NCBI GenBank assembly: GCA_964016885.1
Contig: OZ024742.1
Span: forward strand, 239,010,001-239,074,000
Direction of reading: 5' to 3'
Source: Eledone cirrhosa
Taxonomy: Eukaryota
Length of the DNA: 64,000 bases
Shown here: positions 51,400 to 63,665 of the stretch, piece by piece
Position numbering within the stretch: the stretch's first letter is position 1
How the letters are laid out: each line of letters opens with the position of its first letter
Program-made: the position numbers and the translations under genes
Notes under the pieces: model-generated
What the model was told of the DNA's origin: nothing
What the model saw: the letters and a program-made list of their open reading frames with translations, nothing else
Databases searched by the model: none

Positions 51400-51900
51400 T
51401 GTAGGCCCCCACAGACATCACCCCCACTTGGAATGCAATGGAGATGCGGAGCGCCTCCAGACTGAAAAGACCATTAATGTTGGCAACAAGGACATCAATC
51501 CAGTCCCCCTAGAACTTTGCGCTTGCAGAAAGTAAGCGGTACCTAGAAAATGGTTCAGAATGATTAAAGAGAGAGTTAAAAGTTTCGTTCGAACATAGAT
51601 TATCCCCATCCTCTCTGCTTCCGTCTATTCTCATCAGTAACGGGAACTAACGAACCTAGCTCTTTTCACTGTAGTAAAGTTTCATCCATTTACCTAGTGG
51701 AACTAGTCCATGTTGGAAAGGAAAGGATGTCACCCACTAAAGGGAAGCAATCGTGGCTGGAGGAATGAAAGTAAGGCAGAGACAAAGATGAGCATTTGCG
51801 CAGTCCGAAACCGCCAAACCATTTAGACAAAGCAGCTTGGTCGCAGGACAATGGAGAGAATCGGACATTGACCAGACCCCCGAGATCACTGAATATTAGG
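51400..51900 (-). mobile_element. CRE-like retrotransposon remnant
   Basis: DQAALSKWFGGFGLR and LRISIAFQVG resemble post-RT motifs of CRE-type elements. Confidence 0.5.
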
Positions 51901-52737
51901 TAGTCAAAGAGAATTTGTAAGAGGGACTTACATCCTTCTCGCACGCCCATATATATGTACAGACACACAATTCTATGACCTTAGAATTATTTCCCTTTGA
52001 ACACTTTGTTTTGTTTTTTTCACCGGTGCAACTACGTTTTGGCATGTAAGTTACAACCTTAAAATTATGATTGTAACCTTTCTATTATAAACTATGTAAA
52101 GTATTAGATAATTGCAATACTTACACAACAGACTATCTTCTTTACAAAGGTCCGTTTATCATAATTAACATTGCAAACAAATTATAGCTATTTTCAGTTT
52201 TTTTAAATAAAAGTTTTAAATTCTGGCTCCAAAGTTCAATTAACACCCTGGGTCAATATCTTCCACTCTATTGATCTCTAACCCAGACCAATGTAAATGT
52301 AACTAAAAGCATAAAAGACACCAAAAAACTAATTTTGTGGCCTTCATGTCAGTTATTCTCAAGGTCAAACCTAATTCCGTATATAACTTATTCAATATCA
52401 AGTTTATTTTTCAACATATTTGCTTAATGACTCGAACAATAGCATTACACATTCTGTTTGTTGGTTCAACGTCGTTTATAAAAAGCAGAAAACTAAGTGG
52501 GCCATTTATACAGATACATCCACACACACACACCCCTACAAGCCACTGCATCCGTGTTATACTATACAGTAAAATTCCGTTATAACGAAATTCACGGAGT
52601 ATAAAAAAATTCGTTGTAAGGAAAAATTCTTTATAATGAGATCGATCGATTGTTTGTTATTACCTCGTATTTAAAAATTTAACAATAAATGAATGAAAAC
52701 ATGCCTGCAATATGACTTTATCATGCAATAAAATATA

Positions 52738-53045
52738 CAGTGTACCCTCGGCATTCGCAGAATTTTCGTTAGAACCTAACTAATAATTGTTCGTAGAAAC
52801 CACTGCATAATCGCGGAATCGTAAATATCTTCCGCGATTTTTTAATGGCTTTTTTCGTGGCAAAATATAATTTATCATGCTTTTTAATGCTAAATTCTTA
52901 ATAACAATATACCGTATTTGCCAGCCTATATTTTACGTTATGTTTTGACATTTATAGGCATTTTGTTTTTTACCACGTCCAATATTTTTCACTCTTCGCA
53001 GGTGCTCTAGGAACGTGACTCCCCGCGAATACAGGGGGACAACTG
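52738..53045. mobile_element. Nested Tigger-type MITE
   Basis: TA|CAGTGTACCCTCGGCATTCGC ... GCGAATACAGGGGGACAACTG|TA, imperfect TIRs with TA duplication. Confidence 0.75.
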
Positions 53046-53594
53046 TATTTCAAATATGTTTGCTTCGTTTGTTTTCTGTCATATTATAAACTTAAGTAAA
53101 AAACCCTCAAAAACTTTAAATCACTTTTTAGTTATGTATTTTGTTATAATTATATATACTAGCAGAAAAACCACCCAACGCGTGGTTTTCTGCTAGCATG
53201 TGTAGTGTGTATATTGATATTATACACAATATGTAACGAGAAATTTTGGCTGCTTGGGGTTCAATTTTCGTTCGTTGTACTGAAATAATCGTTTTAATGA
53301 ATTTCGTTATAACGAGATTCTTTTATCGTTGTTTTAATAAGCTTGTGCCTGAGGATTGAAAAAAAATTTGTTATACATCAAATAAAATCGTAATTCACAA
53401 TATACACAGAAATTGAACGAAGTCTATGTTACACTGTCTTCTGTAGCGTAATCAATGATACATTAAAAAAAAGAACATATCTGAAACACACATATACATT
53501 AATAGATACACATATATATAAACTACATTAGGAGAAAATTAGTGACGGAAATATATGCGATATTTTTATAAGTGTTATAATATAACGGCCGCTA

Positions 53595-53604
53595 ACCGGA
53601 AGTG
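53595..53604 (+). promoter_or_regulatory. Canonical ETS/GABP site ACCGGAAGTG, candidate TMEM186 promoter
   Basis: Exact consensus in a short CpG-containing non-repeat stretch 5.4 kb upstream of the TMEM186 acceptor; possible donor CAGG|GTAAAA near 53756. Confidence 0.4.
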
Positions 53605-55199
53605 TTGACATTTGAAAATTTTAAAGAAGTGAATTTTAAAGGTCTTTAAATAAGCTATAAAATATATTTAATCAACAACCACGAAATTTAGCACATAAAT
53701 TATGTAATATTCATTCATTATTTATTCAAAGTAATCCAACTTATTTTACAAACAGGGTAAAAAAAATATATTCTGATGCAATCCCGCACTCCTTTCTTTG
53801 TTATAGTTAAGATATGTGTGTGTGTATCTATTAATGTATGTATGTGTGTGTGTTTCAGATATGTTCTTTTGAATAATTTGCGAATAGGATTCGTAGCCGG
53901 TAAACCGAACCTTAAAGGGACGCAACTCCAGCGGGGATCCTGTTGAAAAAATCTTTTTTCGTTGTAACGAGAAATTTTGGCTGCTTGGGGTTCAATTTTC
54001 GTTCGTTGTGTTGAAATAATCGTTGTAACGAGATTCTTTTATCGTTGTTTTAATAAGCTTGTGCCCGAGGATTGAAAAAAAATTTGTTATACTGAAAAAT
54101 TCGTTATAACGGAATTTTACCAGTATATAATGTTTTGTGATTGAAATTTTGTAGACGAAAACTACAGAAGCCCCTTGTATGTATGTGTATGTCTTTATGT
54201 CCCATAACTTAACGGTTCGATAAAAACAGAACGATAAAATAAGTATCAGTCTTGCAATTATAAGTACTGATAGGTTAAATATTTTCAAGATGACGCTCCA
54301 GTATGGTTGCAATCTAATGACTGTAACCGATTATAGGATAAGATCATAATAATGGGTCATTGAATTGCGTGGTTTCTTGGCAACACAGTAATTTCCTCTT
54401 GCATTTCATATAACTTTGAATCAAACAATAGAATGAGCAATACATTGATAGTTCTTGTCAATAAACATATCAGTTGTAAGATAAAATACAGTATTTAGTT
54501 TGGTACACAAATGCACACACACACACATATATATATACAGAAGTCACACCTTCCCATGCTCACAGACTTAAACATACATCTAGTAGACACCTCTTAACGA
54601 CTATACCCCCCCCCCCCACACCAACTCACTCCTGTCCACACCACCCTTACACTGTGAACAAAAAGCATCCAGTCCACACTGTAAAGTAGTCGTGTGGGAG
54701 TCACGATGAAAAGCATCCACACACTGTAAATGTGGTTGGCGTTAGGAAGGGCATACAGCTGTAGAAACCTAACCAAACAGTTTTATGAATAAAACACGAT
54801 CCCCTGACTCATCTTGCCTTAAATGGGACAACCTGTGTAACCCATGCTAGTGTGGAAAAAAATGGACATTAAACGATGATGATGATGATATATAATAATG
54901 AGAGTAAATTTTTACTCATTTACTAGGTGTCTTTTAGCTCAATGCAATGATAGGATCATGCAAAGCCATTATATAGTTACAATTTGCTTACAAACCAAAA
55001 ATTTAAGAGCTCAAGGCATTTAATTACTGACACTTGTTTCTTCCTACGGTGATTTGCCACATATACCATTTTATTTAACAATTTTCCATTAGTGAGTGTA
55101 GACTATGGGTGTCATCAGAGTTTAATTAAGGTACCAATACAATTCACTCAGGAAAAAAGAGCAGATAATATATATCACTCATCAAAGTTTCAAGATAAA

Positions 55200-55770
55200 A
55201 GATTAGAGTTACAAATATTGTTCAAGCATCTTACACATCTATATCCCCAATTTACTCAACTGAGCTCTTATTATGGCAATGAGATTATGTAACCTTAATA
55301 GATCCCAAATAGATATAATTTTAGCAGCTCATAAGACTATAATAGAATTTGAAGGGTACCTATGGACATGTAATAATATGCCAAATAACTTTGATATCAC
55401 AATGGGATCCAGTGCTTCAGCCCAATTCATAGATCATGTTGGACTACATTTATTGAGAGAAATTAGCATAAATATTCCATACTTAAAGGATGGTTTATAC
55501 CATGGTGATGCTCTTTTTGCTTTAGACTATAAGAAACACTACATAGAAAGAATTAGAAAGGACTTACATAAACTCTTTAAAAATTATAACCTAAACTTAC
55601 AAACCATACTATACCATAAACCTGCTCAATTGATAAGAAATCAAACCACCCTAAAGCAATACTTCAATCAATATTTAAAAGTATATCTAATACAATTAGC
55701 ACTTTATCTTGAAACTATCTTTAACCAAAATGCACCTTATTATAATGAAGCTTTATCTCGGTAGGGCCAC
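55200..55770 (+). mobile_element. Degenerate PLE reverse transcriptase
   Basis: FDITMGSSASAQFIDHVGLHLL and DGLYHGDAL (decayed GLYRDD), HKP, NAPYYNEAL. Confidence 0.7.
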
Positions 55771-55924
55771 TCTGATGAAATTAGATATCTAAATGGTAGT
55801 GTAGATGAGAGTTGACCAAATAATATATCATATAATATGGCAATAAATAAATCCGGATTGAAACACCATAATAATGATCTATATAACCATACAATTGATA
55901 AGATTACACAAACACAAAAGACCA

Positions 55925-56062
55925 TAATAATTGTTTCTATTTTAGGCACAAGGCCAGCAATTACCCAGTACATTACTGGTACTTTATTTTATCGACCCCG
56001 TAAGGATGAAAGGCAAAGTTAACCTCGGCGTGATTTGAACTCAGATCATAAAGGGACGTAAT
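55925..56062 (-). mobile_element. SINE family A, 5'-truncated
   Basis: Reverse complement of family body; more diverged pieces near 51030-51140, 60570-60630 and 61200-61260. Confidence 0.85.
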
Positions 56063-56152
56063 AATAATAATAGTAAAAAATATATTAGGAACAATAAAAT
56101 AAACCCACAAACTCTTTAACTCCCATATAAAACCTACAACCCAGAATAATCA

Positions 56153-56640
56153 TCATCATCATCATTTTACGTCCACTTTTCTTGCTTGCAAGGGTAGGAC
56201 GGGTCCTCCTCAACACAACATCTCTCCATTCGTCATGGTCCTTCGCCATCTCCTCTGTAAGCTTCAGCGATATGAGGTCAGCTCTCACCACCTCCGCCCA
56301 TATTTTTCGTGGTCTTCCTCTACTGTGTCTTTCTTCCACTGGGATTACTTGGCACTTCTTCACCCAGTGATCATCTTTCATGCACATCACATGGCTATAC
56401 CAACGCAGTCTTCTCTCCTGCACACTACAGTTTATCCTTTTTATACACAGTTTCACTCTCAACTCGTCCATGCTTGATTGTTCATGCACATTGACATGGC
56501 ACATCCATCGGAGCATGCTTCCCATATTCTCCACAGTTGATGTCCATGTCTCACTACCATGCAGCATCGCACATCTCACATAAACATCATACAACCGACC
56601 TTTCATTCGCAGGGAGAAACCCTTGGACTCGACAATCTCC
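56153..56640 (-). mobile_element. RTE LINE 3' end with (GAT)n tail
   Basis: KGFSLRMKGRLY..MLHGSETW..RRLRWY..RGRPRK. Confidence 0.9.
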
Positions 56641-56644
56641 CTGC

Positions 56645-58100
56645 ATCTCTTTGACACTTAGCATAGAGTTTACCAGGGAGGCTTAACAAGGTGATCCCTC
56701 TGTAATTAGAACAATCTCTGTTGTCTCCCTTTTTGAAAATTGGGACTATAACTCCCGATTGCCATGGCTTAGGTGCTTTTCCAGAGATCCAGGCCACCTG
56801 GCACACATGAGTCAGCCAGAGAATACCTTCTCTATTTAAGGCTTTTAATATCTCAGGCCGGATTTCATCTTCCCCAGTGGCTTTACCACATTTGAGCTCT
56901 TTAACTGCTCTTGTGAGTCAGCCTCTGAGAGATTAGTCACTGCTTCCAAATGCACCTCTTGTACATCTGATGATGCTGTTGTGATCCGGTTTAGGAGACC
57001 AGCAAAGTATGCTCTATACCTCACGTTCTTGATAGCAGGTGTGGAGGAGGGCTTCTTATTACAAAGAACACTTTATTTGCTGATCTGAAGTCAGATTCCA
57101 GCTTAACCCCAAAGTCCTCCCATGTCTTAACTTTGAACGCTTTTACTGTCTCTGCTATGATTTTTTTGTGCCTGCTTGTACTGCAAGTGCAAGAAGGAGA
57201 ACTTATTTTCAAGCCAAGCTTTGTAAGCCTCCTTCTTTGTATGGATGGCATCTTTGACCTCTTGATTGAAACAAGGAGGAGTCCTACCATCCAGCACCAC
57301 ACCAAGCCTTTTTCACAGATAACTAGATGGTGATCAGTTGACAGCTCAGCCCCTCTCTTAACTTGAACATCCAGCTCAGAATAAGAGAAATCAGAGACAA
57401 TAACAAAATCAATTATTGATCTCTATCCCTGATTCCACTTATACCATATGTATTTATGGATGTCTGTGCTGGAAGAAAGTGTTCATAATAAAGAGTTCAC
57501 TGCTAGAACAGAAGTCTAGCAAGACCTCTCCATTCATATTTAGATCGGGGTTGCTGTTCCTTCCAATCATTCCTTTCCATGTCATATACGTTGAAGTCTT
57601 CCATCAGGATACTCAGTCTTAACTACATCTAACACTGCAGTGACTTTATCAAGGAAGGACCTGTATTCGGACATCTTGTTTGGTGCATAAACTTGCATAA
57701 CCCACAGAGACCTATCTTTCAGCTTAAGCTTCAAGAGGCAAATCCTCCCTCCTTATGGGTTCCAGTTCATAACACATTCTGACAACCAGGGGCTTGTGAG
57801 TATCCCCACTCCCGCCTGTGCAGTCATTTCTGGCACCACACCTGAATATTGGAGTTTCCATCCTCCATCCAAAACTAAAGTATCAGAGCTACAGAACTTT
57901 GTTGAGGAAACCCCAAGTATATCTAGCTGGTAGCTTCTAGCCTCCTCCACTAGTTCCTGCTCCTTACCTTTAAGGGTTGTGATGTTCCAGGTTCCAGCTG
58001 TTAAGGTTTGCTCCCTTCCGAGCATGAAATGTGGCATGAAATATATTTTTCTAACAGGCCACTCTACCTAAGGCTTGAACGCATCCCTTGTTAATCTGCG
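56645..58100 (-). mobile_element. Rex3/Expander-like RTE fragment
   Basis: GTWNITTLKGKEQEL..AGVGILT; IVPIFKKGDNRDCSNYRGITLLSLPGKLYAK. Confidence 0.88.
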
Positions 58101-58434
58101 CAAAGGACGGTGTAGTATGGATTTTCTTTGTTTTCCTCATCATATTGCAGTTTCAAATTCGGTGGTCCTATTTACACCAGTCATCAATCTGGTACTTTGT
58201 CAAACCCGTGAGACTAGGCTTTTTTAGAGGTGGATTTTACTCGCCTCATCGTAGCTACGTCACTGGGTTGTGAAATTTTTCTTCGGAGCTGCAAGTATGA
58301 CCTATTGCTCCATCTCCCCTAGTAATTTACAGCTGTTGGTCCAGGGTTGCTTATTTGTCTGGCAGTTGCCCACTTATATTGTAACTAGCTATCATATCTG
58401 GTGGCCTTATTGCAAACTCTGCTTCGTAGAATCG

Positions 58435-58531
58435 AGACATATCCGAGGATCTTGCGATTTCAGAGTCAGGTTTGATCATTGCATCGATTGTGCCTCGAGC
58501 TGGTCGCCAGAGAAACGATTGTAATATGTCT
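58435..58531 (+). ncRNA. Type I hammerhead with long stem II, core U4C variant
   Basis: AGACATAT-CCGAGGA-TCTTGCGA..TCGCCAGA-GAAA-CGATTG-TA-ATATGTCT: perfect 8-bp stem I, GUA triplet, near-palindromic stem III; lies in an element of about 58410-58660 ending in (TA)n. Confidence 0.7.
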
Positions 58532-59087
58532 AATAAATCTTATTCGTCGCACCACTTTTTCTCCGTTTCTTATGTGATATTATACTCTGCTCTGTACGAG
58601 CAACAAGTGCTCAAACGGCATACCGCTTACGGACGCTTTAAGCATCCCACAGCAATTATATATATATATAGTAGCACTCACTGTAAATGAGGTTGGTGTT
58701 AGGAAGGGCATCCAGCTGTAGAAGTCAAGCCAGAATCAGTTCCCGTCCCACCCTTGCAAGCACGGAAAAGCGGATGTAAAATGAAATGATAGTAGGTGGC
58801 TTCCCAGTGTATATCAAGAGGTGACCACAGTTAAAAAAGGTACTCAATATATGTACACATTTATTTTATTATAGAAATGATTGTTTTATGTTGCCAATCC
58901 TTATGCCAATAGTAATGCACTTGTAGAATTATATAAATTTAAATTGAATTATTGTCTTCCTGTAATTCTTATATTACTTGTCTTTTTTCCTTCTTTTCTT
59001 TTCTATTTTTAGAAGAATTGTTCACTTAAGTCCCATCAAGCTGAATGTTAACTTTTACAATTTTTTGTACTTCCACAAACTAAGAAG

Positions 59088-59816
59088 ATGTTTAGTTGTT
59101 TCTGCAGAAGAACAATGTCGACAATTATACAGAAAGTAAATTTTCCAAAGAATCATTTTCCTTTTCTGTGTCACTTTTCTGCTTCTCCATCTTGGAAGTA
59201 CCAACACCATCTTATTCAATGTAGAACATTTCGTGGAGTGCCTTATATTTGTAATAAACATCATCAAGAACCACTAAACAGACAACTTGCATTAAAATCA
59301 CCATCAGCTCATACTTACAGTAATGATGCAAGATTTACAAATCATAACTTTGATGTTATCTATCGATTCCCTTACATATTACATATGCATTTAGTGTCAA
59401 GACTCAAAATATATCAAACAGCTATATCTGTAACTGCTGTGCCATTGTGCTACCTTATGCACAGCACAGGTCAGTTATCTCTGGATCTTTATTATTATGT
59501 TCTTGGTTACTCAGCAATAGCCTGTGTGATGCTTTATGTTCTTAGCATCTATTTTCGGAGACTTATTGGTATCATTGCATATAACAGTGCTGAAGAATTG
59601 GTCAAAGTATCACATTTGACTTTCTGGGGAGGTCGTAACGACATCTTCCTTCATGTGAAAAGTATCATACCTATATCTGATATGTCCGACAATCCAAATG
59701 ACATTTTTGTGAAATTTCGGCAGTATGATGAGAAAGGAGAACTCTACCTTGTACTTAAGTTTGGAGGAATTAAAGATGCTGAGAAACTCCGACTGATCCT
59801 AGGAGAAATAAGATAG
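59088..59816 (+). CDS. TMEM186: Transmembrane protein 186 (mitochondrial complex I assembly, MCIA-associated)
   Basis: Intact 242-aa ORF: presequence-like N terminus, IYRFPYI..SRLKIYQT, two hydrophobic segments, RRLIGII..VKVSHLTFWGGRND motif of the TMEM186/TMEM70 family. Strong polypyrimidine acceptor ends at 59012, so the 5' UTR is spliced; AATAAA at 59909 and 59936. Confidence 0.9.
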   Translation: MFSCFCRRTMSTIIQKVNFPKNHFPFLCHFSASPSWKYQHHLIQCRTFRGVPYICNKHHQEPLNRQLALKSPSAHTYSNDARFTNHNFDVIYRFPYILHMHLVSRLKIYQTAISVTAVPLCYLMHSTGQLSLDLYYYVLGYSAIACVMLYVLSIYFRRLIGIIAYNSAEELVKVSHLTFWGGRNDIFLHVKSIIPISDMSDNPNDIFVKFRQYDEKGELYLVLKFGGIKDAEKLRLILGEIR

Positions 59817-61804
59817 TGTATATAACTTTGTGTTCAATGTTTGTGTAATTTAAAGCATGTTTATCACTTTCTTGGCCATGTTTCTTGAAAGTGGTTTAAT
59901 TAATTTTGAATAAAATCAAGAAAATGAAAGATTTTAATAAATGAGCTTTTCATTAAGTTGGTGTTAAGAACAGGACAACAAAGTTCTTACATAAAATTAT
60001 GATGAAAGGTTTTGATTTAGACATGAATACTTTAAAATAGACAGTGTTATCACAGAACCAGAGGCAGTTTCTAGCAAGTTGGTATTCAAATGGATACTGG
60101 ATATTCAAATAAATCATAGTTGTTATCTGAACAGTCTTTTTGAGTTGTTTTTTGTTTTTATAAGACATTATGTGTATCCAGTTTAGAATGGGTTCGCTAT
60201 ATCCCTCCATGTGATAAGTGATGAAAAGGATCGGTGTCAGTAAAATATTGCCTAAAAAAATTCCATCCAATCCATGCTAGCGTGGAATGGTGGACATAAA
60301 AATGATGAGGTTAGTGAGAGAAAGAGGAGTAAGAGGAAGAGCTATGCCTGTTACCTTTGAAGACCCTTCAACTGGTGAGACTACAATATATTACAGCTCT
60401 CACTCACAATCGAATATGATTTAGTAGAATGTTCCATGCTTTTGCTAAAGGTTTTAGCTGCCCATGCAGTAGTGAACAAAAACAGACTCCCTCATAATCC
60501 TCACTCTTGATTCAGCAGAACATCTAGGATGTGACACTGGAGGGAGAGAGGGCTGCACCAGCACTTTCTTTATTGATCCTGAAAAGATAAAAGGCAATGT
60601 AAACCTCGGCAGGGTTTGAACTCAGAACACAGAGACCTGGAACAAATATCTAATGCTCTAACAACTCTACAAAATCAACCACCTTCATACTACAACATAC
60701 CTACTATGAAAATATACAGGAATAATATAAGTGAGGGGTAATGAGGCATCTGGTTCAAAAGCTTTCAACAGGTTGAAAACTGCTAAAAGGACCACTTGGT
60801 TGTTTAAACTAGGCCTATCGCTCATATCAACAACCAATATACATTCAAGATATGAGAAAACCTATGTGGCAAGGAACTCAGAATGTAAAAAGCAATAAAT
60901 AAATAACATTAATTTTATTTCATCATCACAAAAGTTTCTATGGTAATGAAAAAGGTGCATTGAAATTAATTTGGAAAGAAATAATTCTTGAGTTTCTATA
61001 TAATTAACTCTGCTTCTTATGTATGGGCTTGTAACTGCTGGTAGAGTCATAGGGGCACCATCATGACATATGGCATGTCAGGAGCATTTAAAACCTGGCA
61101 GAGCCCATTCCCTCTCCAGGTAAAAAAACAGCTGATTTCTTCCAGAGAAAGAGAGAGAGTGGGGAAGAGATGTAGAGAAAAAATTGGCCCCAGTACAGAA
61201 CTGGTCCTTTTTAAAAATCAATCTATCAATCTTGTAAGGATGAAAGGCAAAATTGACCTTTGAATGCAGAGTCAGAATGAATACCATAGAACATTCTATT
61301 CAATGTTCTAACAATTCAGCCAATTCGCTGTTTTTGTCTCCTGTGATATGGTATATATTTTTCACTAGATCCAATGCTGGATTAACCATTGAGCAAAATA
61401 AACACTTTGCTTAGTGCATCAAGGGAAGAGGATCACTATTTTATTCAAATCAATTGTTGTATTTGCCATTAAAAAAATTTTTTTGTATACTTTATATATA
61501 GGGTGCAGGGGTATCATAATCTTCCAAGTGTTTAAAACCTGAAAACGATTTAATCCAGTTACTAACCTAGTGGATAAGAATGTTAAATTTCAGTTTGGAA
61601 ATAAATGTTCCTAGTTCTGGTCCTGCCTAGTACTGTGTATACATCTTGGAATTAGAAAACTGATGATCAGAAATTGCACTAATTAAAACATAGTGTAGGT
61701 GTAAATATTGTAAAAGAATTATTTCATATCTAAAGATGAAAAAAATAGTTTAAAAAATTATAGTTGTATTAACAACTCATCTCATACAGTTATTTTTTCA
61801 TTTT

Positions 61805-62030
61805 TATTGAAGTGGTTGCAGCGGGCGTCACTGGCCATTGTCCATGGAAATGCTTTTGCAGTTTTGTTCGCGAACCACAACCTAAACACTACCACACCCC
61901 AGGCCCAGAGCCCATTACCCTCCTTTTCTACTGTGCCCATAGGGTCCTTGATTTTTCCCTCCTCTTTCTCTCATTTATGGCATTTATAGTCCATTCCTCT
62001 ACTTTCCCATACAGCCAGGTTTGTTAGCTC
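61805..62030 (+). mobile_element. CRE-like 3' end remnant
   Basis: KWLQRASLAIVHGNAFAVL, same motif as about 7290-7350. Confidence 0.6.
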
Positions 62031-62067
62031 CTTCAAATGCTCAGATGGTTCTATAGAAATAGTCAAC

Positions 62068-63015
62068 ACTTCGAAACAGTAGACAGCTTCAGCTACCTGG
62101 GTGACCAAATTAGCAGCAGAGGTGGGTGTTCTGAAAGTACAGTAGCCAGAGTAAGAACAGGATGTAGAAAGTTCAGAGAGCTAATATCACTGCTAGCTAC
62201 AAAGGGGTTTTCCCTTAAAATGAAGGGCAGATTGTATAATGCATATATATGAACAGCAATGTTACATGGTAGCGAGACATGGGCACTGTGTGCAGAAGAC
62301 TTGCGAAAATTGGAAAGAAATGAAGTTTACATGCTCCGATGGATATGTAATAGTAATATATACGAACGGCTAAGTGTAAATCAACTGAGAGAGAAATTAG
62401 GCTTAAGAGGGATCAGATGCAGTGTGCAAGAGAGGGGATTGTGTTGGTGTGTGATGCGTAGGAAGAATGACAGCTCTATAAAAACGTGCAGGACAATCAA
62501 AATTGATGGAAGTTATGGAGTATGAGGACCCAGAAAGACCTGGGATGAGGTGATAAAAGCTGACCTTACACAATTACACCTCAAAAAAGACAATGACACA
62601 AGATTGAGATCATTTGCACGGACTCAAACATACATCTAATAAGCACCTCTTAACCACTATACCCCCTCCATACACCCCCCGACCCTACACCCACCCACTT
62701 CTGTCCACACCACCGTTACACTGAAAAGTTATGTCAGTATCACAAAAGAGCATCCAGCCCACACCGTAAAGTGGTTTTGTGGTTGTCAAGACAAAAAGCA
62801 CCCACCCCACACTGTAAATTGGTCATGTAGGAGTCATGACAAAAAGCACCCAGCACACACTGTAAACCTGGTTGGTTAGGAAGGGCATCAATGCCAAAAA
62901 CAGTTCTATATGATCAAGATATGGTCACTTAACCCGACTTACCTCTAATGGGACAGCTCTTCTAACCTATGCTTGCATGACAAATGGATGTTAAACGATG
63001 ATGATGATGATATGA
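62068..63015 (+). mobile_element. RTE LINE 3' part with (GAT)n tail
   Basis: ETVDSFSYLGD..KGRLY..MLHGSETW; close to 35820-36722. Confidence 0.9.
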
Positions 63016-63044
63016 TATATATATAGTGCTTCTTACCCCTCATT

Positions 63045-63665
63045 AAACCAGAGAAAATTATGAATATAGGCGGGAAGCCACTAGAGTTGGTTGAAGACTT
63101 CCTGTATCTGGGGGCAAAGATTGAGAACACAGAGTAGGATGTGGTGGAGAGGAAGAGCAAAGCCTGGGCAGCGTGTCACAGTTTGAGGTCGGTGTAGAAG
63201 TCAGACCTTCATAAGGACCTGAAGATCAGTCTTTTCGTCGCTATAGTGGAGTCTGTGCTGCTGTACAGGTCTGAGATTTGGACACTAACCAAGAGACTCA
63301 CTCAGATGGTGGATGGGTGCTATACAAGAATTTTGAGGATGGCTCTGAACATTAATCAGTATACATTGAGGATGAAGAACTCAGAGCTATACAGGAGCCT
63401 CCCAAAAGTCAGCTCGAAAGTTACACAGAGGAGACTGAGGTTAGCTGGACATGCTCACCGATATTCAGAGTTGACACTGCACTCAATGGTCCTGTGGGAG
63501 CTCCTACATGGACACACTAGAAGAGAGAGACCGCAGATGACATATATTGATACCCTAAGGGCAGACACTGGTCTCTGGGGGACGCAGGACATGATGGCGA
63601 TGATGAAGGACAGAGACCGCAGAAGAGAACTCGTCGTTGGATATCGGGAATTTTACCTGCCCTAG
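63045..63665 (+). mobile_element. Third RTE-type LINE family, 3' fragment
   Basis: LVEDFLYLG..VESVLLYRSEIWTLT..RRLRLAGH with stops. Confidence 0.8.

Larger units (their letters stand above)
52567..54123. mobile_element. pogo/Tigger-type MITE, disrupted
   Basis: TA|CAGTAAAATTCCGTTATAACGAA at left and TTCGTTATAACGGAATTTTAC..|TA at right; part of the right half is duplicated (53232-53375 and 53963-54092). Confidence 0.7.
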
